Origin: an uncultured Lachnospiraceae bacterium
GTDB lineage: Bacteria > Bacillota > Clostridia > Christensenellales > UBA1242
DNA: 64,000 nucleotides
Assembly (NCBI GenBank): GCA_964432825.1
Contig: CAYSOX010000004.1
Coordinates: 26,126 to 90,125 of the forward strand
Direction of reading: 5' to 3'
Shown here: positions 40,301 through 42,233 of the stretch, piece by piece
Layout: each line of letters opens with the position of its first letter
How positions within the stretch are numbered: position 1 is the stretch's first letter
Position numbers and translations under genes: made by a program
The notes under the pieces: generated by a model
Database searches by the model: none
The model's input: the letters and a program-made list of their open reading frames with translations, nothing else
Told to the model about the DNA's origin: nothing

Positions 40301-42233
40301 AGTAACTTGCTGAATACATATTGTATGGGTTGCCGACATTTGATGATGCTCCACCTAGTAAAAAGTCGGTTAAACTTAAGCCGTAAATGGTGAATTCTCC
40401 ATTTGTGCCGGTGGATACCAAAGATGGAGCGTTGATTGTGCCTTGCTTTACAGCGGTTATCCAAGTTGAGCCGGAAAGGGTTCTGGTGTATACATTTAAG
40501 TCTAAGCCGGCTAGTTTTGAAAGTCCGTTGTCTCCGTCATATGCGGTACCTTTGATTGTGAAATTTTTAACTTTGGCATAGTTTGCTTTGAAGATATTGC
40601 CATGGTTTGCGCTGTTTGAAACTACGGTTAGGGTAGAGGTTTTTGCATTTTTGTCAATGGCTTCAAAGTATAGATATTGATTGCCCGTTCCAGAATTAAG
40701 CGTGGTTTTTATGGTAGAGCCGTTCTTATAATAATACTCACCAACGGCTGGGCGGACAGAATAAGTTAATGGCTCGTCTGTTACTGGTGAGCCTAAAAGG
40801 GTAAGATAATTAAGGTCGGTGGAAACGAGTTGATTCTTTTGGTAAACGAAATGTGCTTCAGCATGAGCATCTGAAACTAAGCAATTTGCACCTAGGTAAT
40901 TGTTGCTTGAGTGGTTGGCAAGGTTGGATTCTTCCAAAATCTTTAGTTCGCTATTGCTTAGTGGGGTTCCGCTGTAAACTTCATTGAATGAGGCATTTGG
41001 TTCATCAGATGCATTTAAAACGGTGGTGTCAACTTCGCCACGGTAACTATTTACCGTCCAACTTTGTAAGGCGTAATTTCCGCTACTTACAGAGGAAATT
41101 TCATTGCCCGATGCAAGTGTGCCTGGGTAGGTTCGGTTAACTTTTACTTGGCGACCTACAGGGAAGTATCCGGTAAGGCCGGTGGTATAATTTGCTTTAT
41201 TTTCTGAACTATATGTGGTGGTTTTGCTGAAGAAATAGAACTTGTCTTCTAAAACTCCGTTGTTGTTTACTTTTTCGGTAGAAAGTTCGGCAAAACCGAT
41301 TTCTGAACTATTTGAACTATCAACCTCAAAGGTCAATTTTGAGGCATTATATACTAATGTATTAGATAAATTACTATTTCCATATATTTGTGAGCCTTCT
41401 TGAACGATACGGCGAACCTTTAGAGTACGGGTTTCTGAGCCGTTTTCAAGACGAGGGTTAAATACCACGCGGAATTCAATTGCGTTGGCATAGTTTTGTA
41501 ACTTATCTTCTTTTACAACATATTTATTATCACTTTCATCATAATGAACTTCCGCTCCAGTGATAAGATTTTTTACTATTAAGCGGTATTCTAGGGAGAT
41601 GTATGACTTATCTGCTGTGGTCTTGGTGGTGGTGCCATCAAGGTTGGTGGTTACAATATAGAAATCATAATCCGAAGAAGTAGGGTAGAATTTATTTAGT
41701 TTGCATTCGTCCGCACGCGAATTGTTAGAGAAAATTAAACCAGAAGATGCGGTAATTCCGAAACGAGAAAAAATCTCATTGGTTGCAACTATTTCGCCGG
41801 TGGCTTTTAGTTCGTCTTTAAAACGAGGTTCAAAATATACACTTCTGCCATCAACGACAATTTGGTAGTTTGCCCAACTGAAACCTGCCGTTGCTCCGCC
41901 TACTACATTTTGTGCATAAGGATTATCAACAAAAGTGATGGAGCCCGTTGTTTCATCCGTTACCGGAATGGATTCTCCATTTGTATTTGTTATGTATTTA
42001 TAACTATTATGCACTAGTGTGACTGGGGTCAGCAGTGTTCGACCGAGGCTATCGGTGTCTGCGGTGGTGGTGTTGCCGAATAATGCCTTGCGAACATCAG
42101 CCGCCGAACAGCCGGTAAATGCCGTTAAAGATAAAAGTACCGCAAAAATAACAGCCGTATACTTAAAACTGTTTTGCAGTACTTTAAAACTTTTCCTTAC
42201 TAAATTTTTGAAATTACTTCTTTGGTTTGCCAT
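4320..42233 (-). CDS. Giant (12,637 aa) predicted cell-surface protein with an N-terminal lipoprotein signal, an internal Flg_new-like module array and a C-terminal membrane anchor
   Basis: A single frame is open for 37,914 nt in AT-rich DNA. ATG 42233-42231 is preceded by GGGAG 6 nt upstream. The N-terminus ends in ...TAVIFAVLLSLTAFTGC. At least 13 F-x-G-W/F-Y motifs follow the spacing typical of Listeria-Bacteroides repeats. The C-terminal ~140 aa hold 3-4 hydrophobic helices. A promoter and a terminator hairpin flank the ORF. Confidence 0.9.
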   Translation of the reverse strand: MANQRSNFKNLVRKSFKVLQNSFKYTAVIFAVLLSLTAFTGCSAADVRKALFGNTTTADTDSLGRTLLTPVTLVHNSYKYITNTNGESIPVTDETTGSITFVDNPYAQNVVGGATAGFSWANYQIVVDGRSVYFEPRFKDELKATGEIVATNEIFSRFGITASSGLIFSNNSRADECKLNKFYPTSSDYDFYIVTTNLDGTTTKTTADKSYISLEYRLIVKNLITGAEVHYDESDNKYVVKEDKLQNYANAIEFRVVFNPRLENGSETRTLKVRRIVQEGSQIYGNSNLSNTLVYNASKLTFEVDSSNSSEIGFAELSTEKVNNNGVLEDKFYFFSKTTTYSSENKANYTTGLTGYFPVGRQVKVNRTYPGTLASGNEISSVSSGNYALQSWTVNSYRGEVDTTVLNASDEPNASFNEVYSGTPLSNSELKILEESNLANHSSNNYLGANCLVSDAHAEAHFVYQKNQLVSTDLNYLTLLGSPVTDEPLTYSVRPAVGEYYYKNGSTIKTTLNSGTGNQYLYFEAIDKNAKTSTLTVVSNSANHGNIFKANYAKVKNFTIKGTAYDGDNGLSKLAGLDLNVYTRTLSGSTWITAVKQGTINAPSLVSTGTNGEFTIYGLSLTDFLLGGASSNVGNPYNMYSASYSKLDYAGNIKGLAVANEKATNGKTFGDKTGVSIIATTKDQNSNLNVNLIVKDNDGKFVSIEDCDIDISYELISAISSDPDENGYVTTDVLLSTLLPTDHRLTGYNIQTFSNSDCKLVYFDPVNQKTYELIASKKVSGSGDSDGYIYTLKESEIPVGTINTASGLKIEEIDIVQLNNETLYSTETTIDKKNYKFHFDYDILVKFDTTQDANKFYNKLVALRKSNGKNDEAGLDATISGNVVYLNKDRIVATKNVDDTYSLYYVVVTKKESENSKEVCFDLDRSSGADNANYMDVRDYIYIQPSFNFEFTELNLKISGTDESIYYSFTTQDPIKAFHTVTENETTTIVPADIKLKDLSPFSNSDKTLTILDIKTGDSSSIDSLNELDNPTNLTAKTVYIANNVTEKSVENDLTTATKVVELTFERDSEQQKMYLTFEGFNLTRVTEDGSTCHYISYNSNNIKRAVTNFKSPYIIKSATPKSSTPSTKVLQISLTDEAIKNGKSLYEFGLFNSTEAKNLTSVISEISKSNSITNYYYNILRNDFILEVYAPGNLKPRYLQAIWEGPSGIYSFHDVTAQISGNSFTSSEILLTAYETYEDVSGNTYFLRKSANGLTFAPSADNAEGYRTTIILKNTKVANTISFTTIDGKSLKLRLNANSPTYYTYTTNYFDKLKLDDSGNSVVDSALSMSENSSNANIATEAENRAIINIKLADGKSINAYQLMEENIYKYDGTEKKDKNIFYGDIKLISTNTTLLGVDALNSLTKYYSFRDEENSKTYLVAEVGSRIPHGSSGYTVKYIYCLLGQIADAEKDDTYTQYINTENKIILFEKSDDSVDIKNNYTTGTGINSLIYENKGKSSSELNNLISKINDNIKVNGSISSEIAINTFFNPLSQNSYYDMSNTAPAVDTLVKSKLTYVYQETDGSLSTIVLETTSDNGTTSTSYLINGMYAIDYANIDEINIASTPRFVTEVNITTDEGTIKALAYVTYIRTSITIKLYVLANSSVETTTDGTTTTNTTDYAFSLSNGRYTALAGYLTSLDITKTESSEFNVSNFNNSSNETTKVETILFKEDDSNYKRYKYDSTLGLYVLDKEYIDGKNELNDSNFSCLNLPLLYSSTSTLSFKIGYGGIYALENKTNPSITFTDNTFVSTSSIGKTSFTAKEISISKISYIRGTAQSFEMESSTDNISNYTFNLKDSRGNLVETINAFKFRGTDEYVTFNSSLTKVTEHNVSIKNTADLTEGSNKTETDSVFKNTLPDENTVISIFDKDSSCSHKGNWILEGVTFSTTATNSSTSIICYVYPSDLKANSVNLTFSFNGETYTTTLYKTTRLESGKTQKAITTADGKALNFFDCENGNADEFGTDTGLETGHRYFVYNTTLKTLPTDLKDRNQTSLLSSYIADTNSSFYYQIILDENATIVGFRKLSGVKTTTLDGDSNQQVILLKNGVAQFTYDYFILDGNVSVTDTASSVSLSVDNSLCTEITRNIYLYYDLETVKFRTKIGSEFVTRSYSFFTSVIGETSDGSDIIYFGQISNFADRLFKLNETSQNSLANRNFTNFEELAAALNISAYDVDNDNDGKSIIKGDTLLAVGKAIQYLFNSFENNNSDIYLNYNSTLSHIYRFYRLMGAKIDPAYYYYFKPVEVSNGISAYITQEKVNANESILETVYFYKGSNGENIEFNGHVYSEKDYSSAKIIQTLVSYNNDGTTNTYYIAKESTGEIGLYAKLDSTTGTLSGKIEDIRLSLSTSGNIFGTQNAVIRESDGSFTNVEYTTYFIITGADNGKLCYAVNDGTSTRYYSSIEELVYNENANDPSAETKYTEVIHQDGSYYDASTISVDHYEYSLDGGKTYHIAYFDGTDYYSDLHAEYKAIINGNEITVYRDADGNYYKSRTAWGYQQKLDSELIDLVKIGNDYYTASELDYYLLQTTESGKDVVIYNNRTYSKSAQYITTQINMLLNPALDYRTFSDDILFASPYTIYNMARYNGRTFIAGVGTASKGGSHFYSFDLDADDDTTEYFNYRIYLMNNIIYISFADVTVTDSNLNTLITENKLLPLNELVEGKEIIIALYDETGARKTDDDNNLVSTTFKVTKEFLDAISTSGQRVDLVDGEEVTIDILNDQNYPYISNVLCVFEADKIGIWNDTIDKVTPSLVSDGIEYGNYTKIHKVNGNYYQTLINTYRLTDDQLSEIPASYTIYYQLCDVNVNNNTVSLIEKFNSVSDLINSINRLVSEGKTPDYIYSLVELAEYDLPSGLTASVLATVKDNQPVKQYLNPVDAKYIQYAYSSKVGHGLTEGVNLKVNYTLTNLVIDASTSVIDSVEVNGNTLTTTYNDGTKVIRTINANSYHLIDLITINGKKLGDLASTGKAEIKTYYDYTALHKLSYAEVQSILPILSNELALTENDVTDKVVYSSDGTARGLDGSLTETYKFVDPITNITYFNLEKAPNDNITANIYKYNKLGLLEKVEEAYPSSFAYRFKFDDNLNIYNYISTSGDYLYYTTFDASDGVDVANGYILSSGFSNGTQLVYDYSSLVQLIYLDTSTGTEYTAHYFANDGTTIHNASLQTGVNFNTIYYGLVDGKRTALTGVVNSRSYSKTTYVRTAYAYETNQKIDILGKSIMTATEPIIYPSFYSSDVNAEVENGFITDWSNYYTIDYTTAKTSKYGLPGVTVLDGAPYPNTVISFSVRHLQDDNQNITLGLRIEPVYSVELGGIITDISGSNLATPDATYAFKDTETNIDQNKYPDQIIAVTDKTSYEPLYGSYPYSLANSSIYSPVYLTPNGTLASNSLTLMNFEHKMITSMDIAEILTYALVDNSGNAVDSTLTDRNSMSNFLVYDESLVLLRDTTQTTSTIGSGMNVHEQSTKSDNFRIKIDGRYYYYTIGENYDPNEYTTYDQLSANKYSYYLHYATPLESIPANANVYDYTKVNLSAQLDSGTITSVYFEKVKLKTPAEDTIVSPEGYPYYVYTTAVADNFQPYAFSSDWIDNSSKDEANSLRSRLYADYYMDGNTNNTEHYTRLTRSHYVYNAITDCFHEIVYSSTNAPCYKYNYNWWTSSYTEISNAGTLDVHTYNVRPDGSILLTSECNTEAICGALENLDKNSVIEYGTLVISGITSCYRTGIGEKVSDKAKDYEGLYAGFPYSIKNAMLATSNFFTVGSEQVIFVTNPNIVIEEGDTSVVYRFKEWGAYTRYNSEILYKAGDIDIQGRNNSTFTFSSDQAKYYVFLPIYERVFSLTTSTITTDGVKSNGGVITTYYTDGSRVKADTETIADNTDDIHFIEYISSGEIELTDGSGKTELTYDYDKMTIENYVFTTEYQYFADTSVGTATNNMSAFFVDSYTNGALNAGTKATDTNVPYMVEQEIGNSNLSIGYVNKVTGLNTEVYNIPGVNYGVIKAGTQSRYAYYLYSLTTSADGKREIYPINFSNGRYYFVLDQNGNYINGQESYYYQVTKDKPKSQSNNTPYKNIEGYNFTYNTNGAIPYALKSEDSILAPTIDTNGEFKASYNTLQSGRQTFVYYLNIVEYDFEDGYSNAHYKMSTAKQAEHELELAKRTSGIQDIDLISTRFVEQIYNTKKTSSQGSEMLPVILSSIYFDVYKYSIETEKNDNGKVITHHYLSKRQDGIKFARKIVNTATFVPVITGESRTKQWFISADVYHTGIDETYLTQYFDRHTSIKLQANSDDGYRFEGWYFATYNIATGEYVIQKDEFGDDKKISSDDYRGYVDEIKRVEYDEITKQYKIVTGFGANGKPIYQTDINGNPEYVPAGLENLYSGKFLTYMVTANGTIQDVEYKPSTGLFYSTDQKVITQLNGGKIIAIQVYTKSSSSAYYYDFNCTQVVPTTYLKYIDLDNALKNFSTSDLAQYKLSTTEQTFNYNTGNKTTENLGNGSTSFTEYAPKFKFEDGSGKAPSSYILNGDRFVSPINNGSLEIGDKLENGGILNVGKYSISYHTANFNENASFTNSYNYYYEQTVELEDGTTETELHQIGYSLTYTNYSSLITIATKEYQSIDGSMQEVSNLTTSLPLPSSLTLIPIKKASSTETSYLFKINGQLASSVSLTYSIKDANGKDNDCCILTLSCGDENGVTITLTNMDGESFADNNVSIQDQQNLNSILKVGGSAKISKTNYSYVSTQTLFTRLGIIYNDLDLTNASGYELKTDLKYTLSAQKVDYNTENGGYYYEICFYNEVMNPFTTSNAGYKITQKAETSNEVVITAYSDVGLIKISDIAVSSDIDESTGSFKSLYTKDRQLLTYGVEDYITFLVGEENGLTVGSYYILDENGNYVETESVRTLYYCKKDEKLYYFGFSEPANYAMFTLPTAEILGETSKEDSASNGNCYQLKAFINSDTEVYMHQGKLYRERRQGLYEIDEYGNLLINGIAENVCIIAKFVESYNSLIFTDTGNSSGITIDSIYYANYADNSNAYVTDNEGYLVNKSDAKTIDFGNLLSAYKVGTDAITYITRTIKGSTYYVYTAESVDGSSYFIYSPVNLSDGTSTTNDLLNSSSNHYSRANSTSFDKGRTYDSANISDLSLNESTISQLQSSEYLKNITLADGKTKAYTTNVNDYTQSMVKKYGYPITSKGINNPINGTSLTVSLLDGKNISGSRIPLTYVNRGIYVDSNTSLFVTVKVNSKFKLNASYTTNPYYTLNALMYPTDEFIDENKLNENEAGKRYYEEFYYLFAVTFNRDSLNEYAEYMTQISRGISMMFDTTTANTDTFETLLAQNEQNGLEALKNLSVNPNGSYKGVKGETYYEFIQPSNYTIEKLAGTNHYYSKLSGSFMTKTYSLNTTNYTLYILANDLKDNKTTTLSGFDYNTANTSTTAHYTLAGTPIYIKVTQGGRDLSTFRNYLQSAYDFAFDPDNYTRVECDSQIFVTGSSSRATSSIIISDVELQKYAKYYAQLKDISENLLDGTPLASIKAELEVLHINDLYSKYTTNELLKSTNRVSIDSYIKDSNLSSANGVFYNFNKSFADLISSKDNNGNPSYDKSLATDYLLYAFNSVIKPTSSVANLENMFNYMVNEEKDFLDLLKLLSPSDLATQIEQYAQKSNADLNSLNIGAAYENMYNTAKKFIIIRLAGISAVAFGNMQLTGVSGKDTAVYRFFKLNKDGTRNYLDSPDLPNKYFKYTEGTTYTEETKDRIYYDDSTESVGYKNTTTLDGKTVYTLDTLSYYKGSNTTENTFAKILSLSKDRWSELNKIATIYEKIAKIFKVSPKKLQEFTATDFNNAFRTLTSNELLLCFKNIYTGANYTSSEALGYFNYLTEMYSRYSKANNAITSTLEENYTTSGQLNILRFSSILVYSLDLQHELLNFNSQTGKYENLSSVITEGEDEVNFTKIEEFFAGLGQNDVTVLSIPTTIDKNLLAKYYKLYGANKEHLGQEEFSMLTDEIYTEYLKLVELYASNFDELSYFNTSKIRNAYYSATSQYRQMIISADTIFTARAKLLANVGDSAKRDALNVQNTSTDYYTVVTLSDGSDYNVRFAGWYYANKSNLEEITTSFENMTQVGSGEYSPLIAMQNNQSLIALYRTFEWWSITYNPNESQISLSISHDCFGNPLSRTTNADGTVTIAGYLDTGTTVDITLTPLGGKAYQKVVAGFIENIQKYFTEFTNQDHFAKLEQVALTIQNKTDDIQSENVISTRTLRYRVAGTNNNLTNFYTEDVTSSQFVKQNSNIVLTFEEYRNSSISKGTENDLYIITEDAQLVAFKISNTLTSRLNNDTQKDVLSDLFKYHISYEKDGVLKSFTLNEYYKFEGNAIDEFGQLMQVNKSTDYEYDVDLGSIFTLYIFGYFKAGTTVSISAEAVSGTTNSSYLDGWYIDGNEDKAVQDEHGASLKLLDDQTAHVFEATYDTGASSLQVNVTIVNGDYDYTQKSLNPTAFTTLSATQKALIQELFNAISSSTNGLALNYGENGRRIEGSVPVQDPGSTIMLANTALVKDLGSLTTKGLTILNHTLENNGFTTLNFNMRSIFTLSTPEYVISDTTLEDGSVETKIFKFVGWYTVNPATGKTVKVSSNSVYDAGRHLEGRIDAVYELLTDTTLGSVLEYTTTDSESGEQISVIDNENTLGLNSLGYLVVSSASTGENINNVPESINSRYDYTYNRLPLGSYFNLEASAPAGYKVIGLQYSYITTNASETENVLEQKYTYHNGSTTAFNVQLTQNADGSLTLKVYHIDNKGRKVDISPSLEEGCSLTKLVSINAIFAESPSINLTYTLHSREFYNEVAFAGSTDINNLRDSSNGEAIKSNKKFNVLSMSYTDEATKYKQTYSGFVKYDFTMGEDYAPTTLITPISNRKNYITISNPILLISDTNPDSTLVEANTRFVGWYINNTLISTNKFDELQIMLDYTLTTEKKITVIVKNQYGEKSEPITLDWTTDINIDMRYSNEDSTAIEPIVSEGANGFSVIQVIGDTKFDPSKLTAPSETEDQKQELYDSETGEPLINEETGEQQIATIPSLKNQLLQKYGKFNANLSVEFNGTTSYVPEYYFTTTGAVGTESDLTAKTTGDYYIYGIYSAVKTTITNENGEVETFYSLEKLDADSEFTLTTSSIKVSHFAPKTYYIVYKPIEVAGDDYAVNFGVITTHNGEIQDTSKLNSSNVFITLDTDNNTSFTTASLYASADYTRFKQIHDGDRNYVVYQMGGRNIQTEELSIGQATFHKDPTEVNGNIVTGSNVKFSVDNTKNFLGFYQNGILISRDSEVSVAVADGDIIEARYYSAIRNFKLKSLINDGIYNTSIAPSISEVEGKPKQIVAVVENGYGSTRGLNVYSTSDSEISLIEAYGKGSTLLLTAPRELQSTANPTDIYYLDGFYYKTRNGLTRLTTTTLTERPSNEVEFKIETLPEGVTDIYVLYNKTSRVTVTIQTDGIDDLLPNGFVDISHAFGSYDLIQREENFTISTLNSSNYSLSILHTYYENGNKVTALHTPTATITTRYEADGTPRITKELTGATKKENDGTNFNYSATIRIVEGENEVKYILTNLNSVNINTYFSYYDTITTTPSPSIINGKTVLEATPTIRVQNSQGQSETLKFVGWYKVEFDENNIAKDEILVAYDNSLTISTQNFSEGETLTLIKKYDDVGNNNLSPSESRIYANIYNKDGSFVTVDDTDDTPAEDSLLQGLSLTFDEAGTTCTLDATEYLKRAENDGLAFVGFYKNSILLSTASTFSYTVSKNVAQVIEARFTRANVEVFVSQNENTSLSTTFTLLSTRTPLIKNGAQTEANAYGYVYSNQDLTISATLPKGYILSETNTSLKVGGTEYAGENLFRIINNEKGSTSATIVIPYTTLSKIIEEKPQGVSLEVIVGFETYKFEHEDISISFGDFTSGSLTLDTDYKEISETFTIDEENDFTISQRYRLLDYIINLTPEEIVDEDFSYNVYYYYYNPYVQSQTNEVVNSEDGTKYDSRTNEKTYTFTDGETTSTRASSPLVLTQQMMSEGQNSLTIVLPYGSVVYSFTQVLKKNNHNYGKFLSRVYTLEKDGESETNKDINPIYTTEQQMVTLTTEHFKIYTDNENSSNLNFDKYYHVYTRITDDPRYEDMRFYSSEIYLSELEDIRTTNYLALYLNGLITYQEYRENIQKHEHSKLVSYGKPLSTEDPYASYYLSIFGDANEFVETKKTSDDSPAYNPENFKTAVDENSGTILRTLGGGTYFDKNAYSTDKETVKALGKYYVYASNGYIITSVKFVPIKQIALYGEDNAKTEEASFTYTLQDKEAESLAGKNKLNGVELNTETATDTFLCFENVSADYFIYVTLKEVFSVETQIVLDGNVLSTDNESILNAGSSVKFQLNFNNYEPTVTEVEFKEGLESLIYANKKDFQFDQSLTEDWYNISGDITSSYRLTNITISTKNVQTATFYLKDYVSIYELTQAVYNYSLTEDGKFKYNTVIALNYASSSDRGLIKLEEIKTTNVGVLESEFGRSQTAMSETLKTKLETANLLPTINEYSIGSINSLVQITAYEVEGYKFIGFYDQNENLYSSSLVTTAKLENVQNLTAMYEPDYNVVILNFSKLNAIAGYPVKILVSGTGYTFMTKAFVLKQNGLRTETNAGIENISTIPSSDRTMGIKVVENPSICLGDDLSKLNSIGKYDGRGLIVLYIPKSVESPQVTVTVDSVNYDQVINKSIGVNGNISYIDVSDTDPTNGLTITTDRNNAKQDAGSPIYAIFDNKMTDNRSNTYTFNLSDDTQNTFGTLFRKLYRTEITIVGSTDLISEYGKDGKEVVVKYLTTSGLNGSTSLNSTNPKDMIIGVTTEEGELVSMWIELDGTHLDDFYGWHFLTQRNSTPHNSLDLSLMNNLNIDYVEVGLPDENTLSYNGKKYNYIGAIQVLSINQSVNAYLSELTDELLLSYKDGGTVRYFELNSKKIEEIDASEVKTIRTSFYLQDSEYLLDLTHITFAVDSENSYSISLSYTDGTYILTIKDDNKVTAIETHSFTNLTEFNNLTIGEKVFAGLDLTSNTFEKIVNTTKELVENLINHTTRFGVVDIKALQTAIDELQTTVSGNNFVPAITSLEEIASYLIYSAKVNRLTTSTLTLRSLAQSEVTNTELESIVSKIQNSLTSGKINVDVLTSNFEVIDIELKPDNSIAEYVSFYKDSNLEYNFDQNFSSTISACLKTINGEADFTDYGNSFKLFGNYLANSNDENWNNINWEKLASILTHATDNTTYVTAPSADTMYFADITGYFNNRTTKQLTLVWGNDLANVSLTPLGEKNQPITDKSLVNLFTTPTFGYNQPTTLVTKPVQLYENGELVIKEIEVEEIKNITPKTNATGVIAMTYSQNLLDNAISFVAFGYFKQGTILSIATRGVLNTSGASYYGHTNTIVSGIDQISQTVTKYELDDAEEEIEITPLAETETPEETETPEEGENPEGGEAETPKLPLTMKEVPTTIVSTSTKKLDILKTYYVFFGNYSTSTSTFYKTEDTSEANIEHILNVRTIFGINVDDGAYAINRDAVTVSEIDFTNYRVFLEQLGNLADLGFVEEFKASKLTAEQEAEIKDGTLEKDPYLAVYAPFSAIFIDLKACNTYIAYAKGNKSYSDAESELQNLLVAGEIDESNASLEKILNKLKTIQTLAYRYSLDLNSTLDYGYNFINEATSNEPQTTFIASLSTSSSSTYTSGDQMLVTAPQKNGYYFKGIRVIYRLTDSPSLQLSLQSVNSRNNTSFNASNSIFFDATAPNGTNWIKNADNSYSLYLDISGNNRSSLVIIALYEDILSPVEINLKEYNSSRYLVEETGEYIETSNIFYKTSNDDWKPAYVNDANGKFYSSIKYEDDKVINSSDLYAKIIVDEIESYKKVTFAPYTDEESYSGYIRGSRLTGASTPLALTSVNYPYAEFAGWLFTNEQSETDLKTGDTQQTAEINGKTYYMYKLNTGKKDATSSFHYSLNSDNSNYLYRTENLENNTPITNHHTYFKDGKLFYAYKYSLSKLQNRYDSTTASGILEDMNIYLQNKLFNTPLDVFYINASLDEISTYFSNGAISDDARTKGLEIGTISSTGELVTIPLLADNTNDVYFTGVFGIGTYRGETVNKLNQIVEYTDESTTAQNVFYSTSPLTEQSSYADRTFYTYINGEFVNVRNILKEKYTLQTGVGKDVYVYNDFLEDLTPILRDSVSVKYTQSSLTYEYDSLTYYMYSFGNTFENILETVVEEYNDNVDELNQGRDDANKVQVIELSDLIEKLKVVLKDSDYLEDILNANDSFTFNDSQIEELMQSEYFFSLASSKNSIDLIETGGYLIYNGHFVDIWFAISYAFDEFINELSHPTSDAFIAELQSYMQKASKQIQTTTFSYTNISDGSIYLSGADKYTTAQNYLTSITDKLNSGEYSSITNDKIIGNAKDSDHIDEYQNILPYVAYKIGSTTPVTENVKFLNITNDTHLTFAYGNDTISGNLPDNNDNYSLSSIREFLVSVISAEQTYSVAHKYLQIGSKSTFADNTTYFVHTSNGAFGYNYVVYQNGYATYIITTTSEGLTYEIKYKTDTPITITQIKNAPSFKTLLQGSTSSPVSTFVQDYTYQTTQDYSKVTVAQAGKLESGKVQGYFMYAQDKAFTTLSAKLKGKTTLNAYFRPASYILEIVINETDQTYDALNGVVDEYISFKDDLLEFDETANDGNGEYKNVGVEPNNDLGKHYFELDSTKQKIQTYELKDGVFQESDSISVDEIKSFIYDINGNLINSYNSIYAVASATNETYTNLSATPSSAYIYAGGMYFNGANSARNDSEFYKLATYRSSKYEQTYVFCKVLSQQVEQDEENGLHFVYDYKTKEAHHPFSNASDNSVYVMLFNGDTNYNGRQYKIVKLTADAFNSYTLKSSVSDVNEYVNADGSINSDRIQVNTSDSSKFQMDFIKEIDNAITSITADTIGQGIQGGKTNFYIRAKVTATPSSGFPAIQILLNAGTDYTDGLQRNSALFYAGYSKPEGFAKIDETKFAYGNYKAFNNVIVPDEYGNVTSSAYDVIVNVGFTVRAIALEIELNADGETSSNTGFLDKSTYEKETNKYSVETVSDLLNTLINYAKNDEMDKYNELSNYLSNMFSTYNIYKFKGANAYLSQIDEFQNILSAGSGSNLDAVGENSGDNAKKAFNNLLNNYNVLDQNKLLERMNKNMERDRNNPDTTLGKLFIAYKNGLDIPSEDITPPKDDDSSDYITLLNETLTNWRSNAAACYTDKDGKAPEPSDESNYPGAYRYYQLLEEIDYIFNDLDSQNNILDLPKNTLGIINIPRISVEVTKLYTENETQMMELSVNYGENTEVINTANLPLSLIVDTPAVPTPTPTPGKTEEELQEEDYNTFQTFLLKLSAENSKKEQYEELCTYYYLTSALELYIESQTQCAFYNKSGEYSPDQKYAQFDKNKGYYVYTDEFNDKINGYLAVLSVQDYLNNFSSYYNAVLYNIITAYANYKSDTSDTRAYKTYKNELMAAYLAYGLVFNDNTFTSGTIVFFDPSTYGTEDDVHTTIQEVLGLTYDQLRTQNYETLGRYVNAYSDALQDSNNSIALKDMNGSPVTIGFSVIDLVKSVATYSYIESPDEKLHTAVLEYTYFYYDLQTLGFTVSKTENPFINKPAGSGVVQDNFINLNGYINTYTAKWSELFKDWLDPNEDSNVNYIGGDKNLKYIDSDGTIKEDETNDIHLKFEKQSSDLDFMNYFSAGFKELLSQFEISNKNNGNGSYEMYLDFTSLLSDNYKVNTKNNIANNTLTYFFENLTNPIQNGSVENNTALSYISIKNHNTDVDLTSYVGSSYYNQPERSCLKYWPLMLYATQYYSNNRSLASNLLDYYHLAPAIGFTDMDNMWGKAFECSFSQTRGLEDHEYIEYYGLSENSNKYQDILNILNGQGAEYIGQIVEIKELQGAQKIAFKVFTRIAIDEKIGTPASPNYTDADILKTPFAQEETTYFFQRAKLSTGAGISIYNSGTTTDDLFKTLTSTDIQTALLNLPELYYYMDIANTEYAITNLSFNAFTNDYNNIDKYTIAINEIIKKCDNLEMLTGAIEHCLEQNKLWWDHDLYAYDRSITPGKWDIDNWGEDDDKIMITDPNTLLAVLLGNFVNGYSGKADNFYSDGGAFNAQYVEYSLTDRSGNSIDKAYGEIFKNYKIDDKTRAEWQELVQTKLTTYVLSAFELLQCDLSANYNDFIITDIQIKEQVELGEYSNYQSEEYKNVEGLKEQYDALAEADVNLVYAGVDGNEDISAGPMGYYYTQNISSDYYVNTNNSINKKDVKVTQNSINTHFTLTQSGGESLSDYLSSMEMSSWYGYFFPYLSNTSARGANYYSTGDQNAATRFTSTRYGMNEFDSYSLTIKSYIAITKDIKDQDGEKALFNFSTGSAKLVNKIILNNTDNGLTSQETRTVGNRDVPDNRIALRQVQILVDGKPFVTESQVDEIIDREKLVNKIITIVMVVIIIVAAIAIAVISHGAFTSVSAALVKWAAVLGTGVLSTIVASAVLVFTIGSQLKSFVNKLGTVLKIVFGALTLCTLAKMFLPNYCANELATRFIEGNRTSPATVVRTPKKITSTISGYTTNLD
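4323..4740 (-). other. C-terminal membrane-anchor region of the giant protein (3-4 predicted TM helices)
   Basis: Hydrophobic runs IITIVMVVIIIVAAIAIAVI, AALVKWAAVLGTGVLSTIVASAVLVFTIG and LGTVLKIVFGALTLCTLAKMF, followed by a short basic tail. Confidence 0.7.
42108..42233 (-). other. Signal peptide with lipobox of the giant protein
   Basis: MANQRSNFKNLVRKSFKVLQNSFKY (basic n-region), TAVIFAVLLSLTAF (h-region) and T-G-C, with Cys42 encoded at 42110-42108. The -3 residue is F rather than L, so the lipobox is slightly atypical. Confidence 0.6.
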
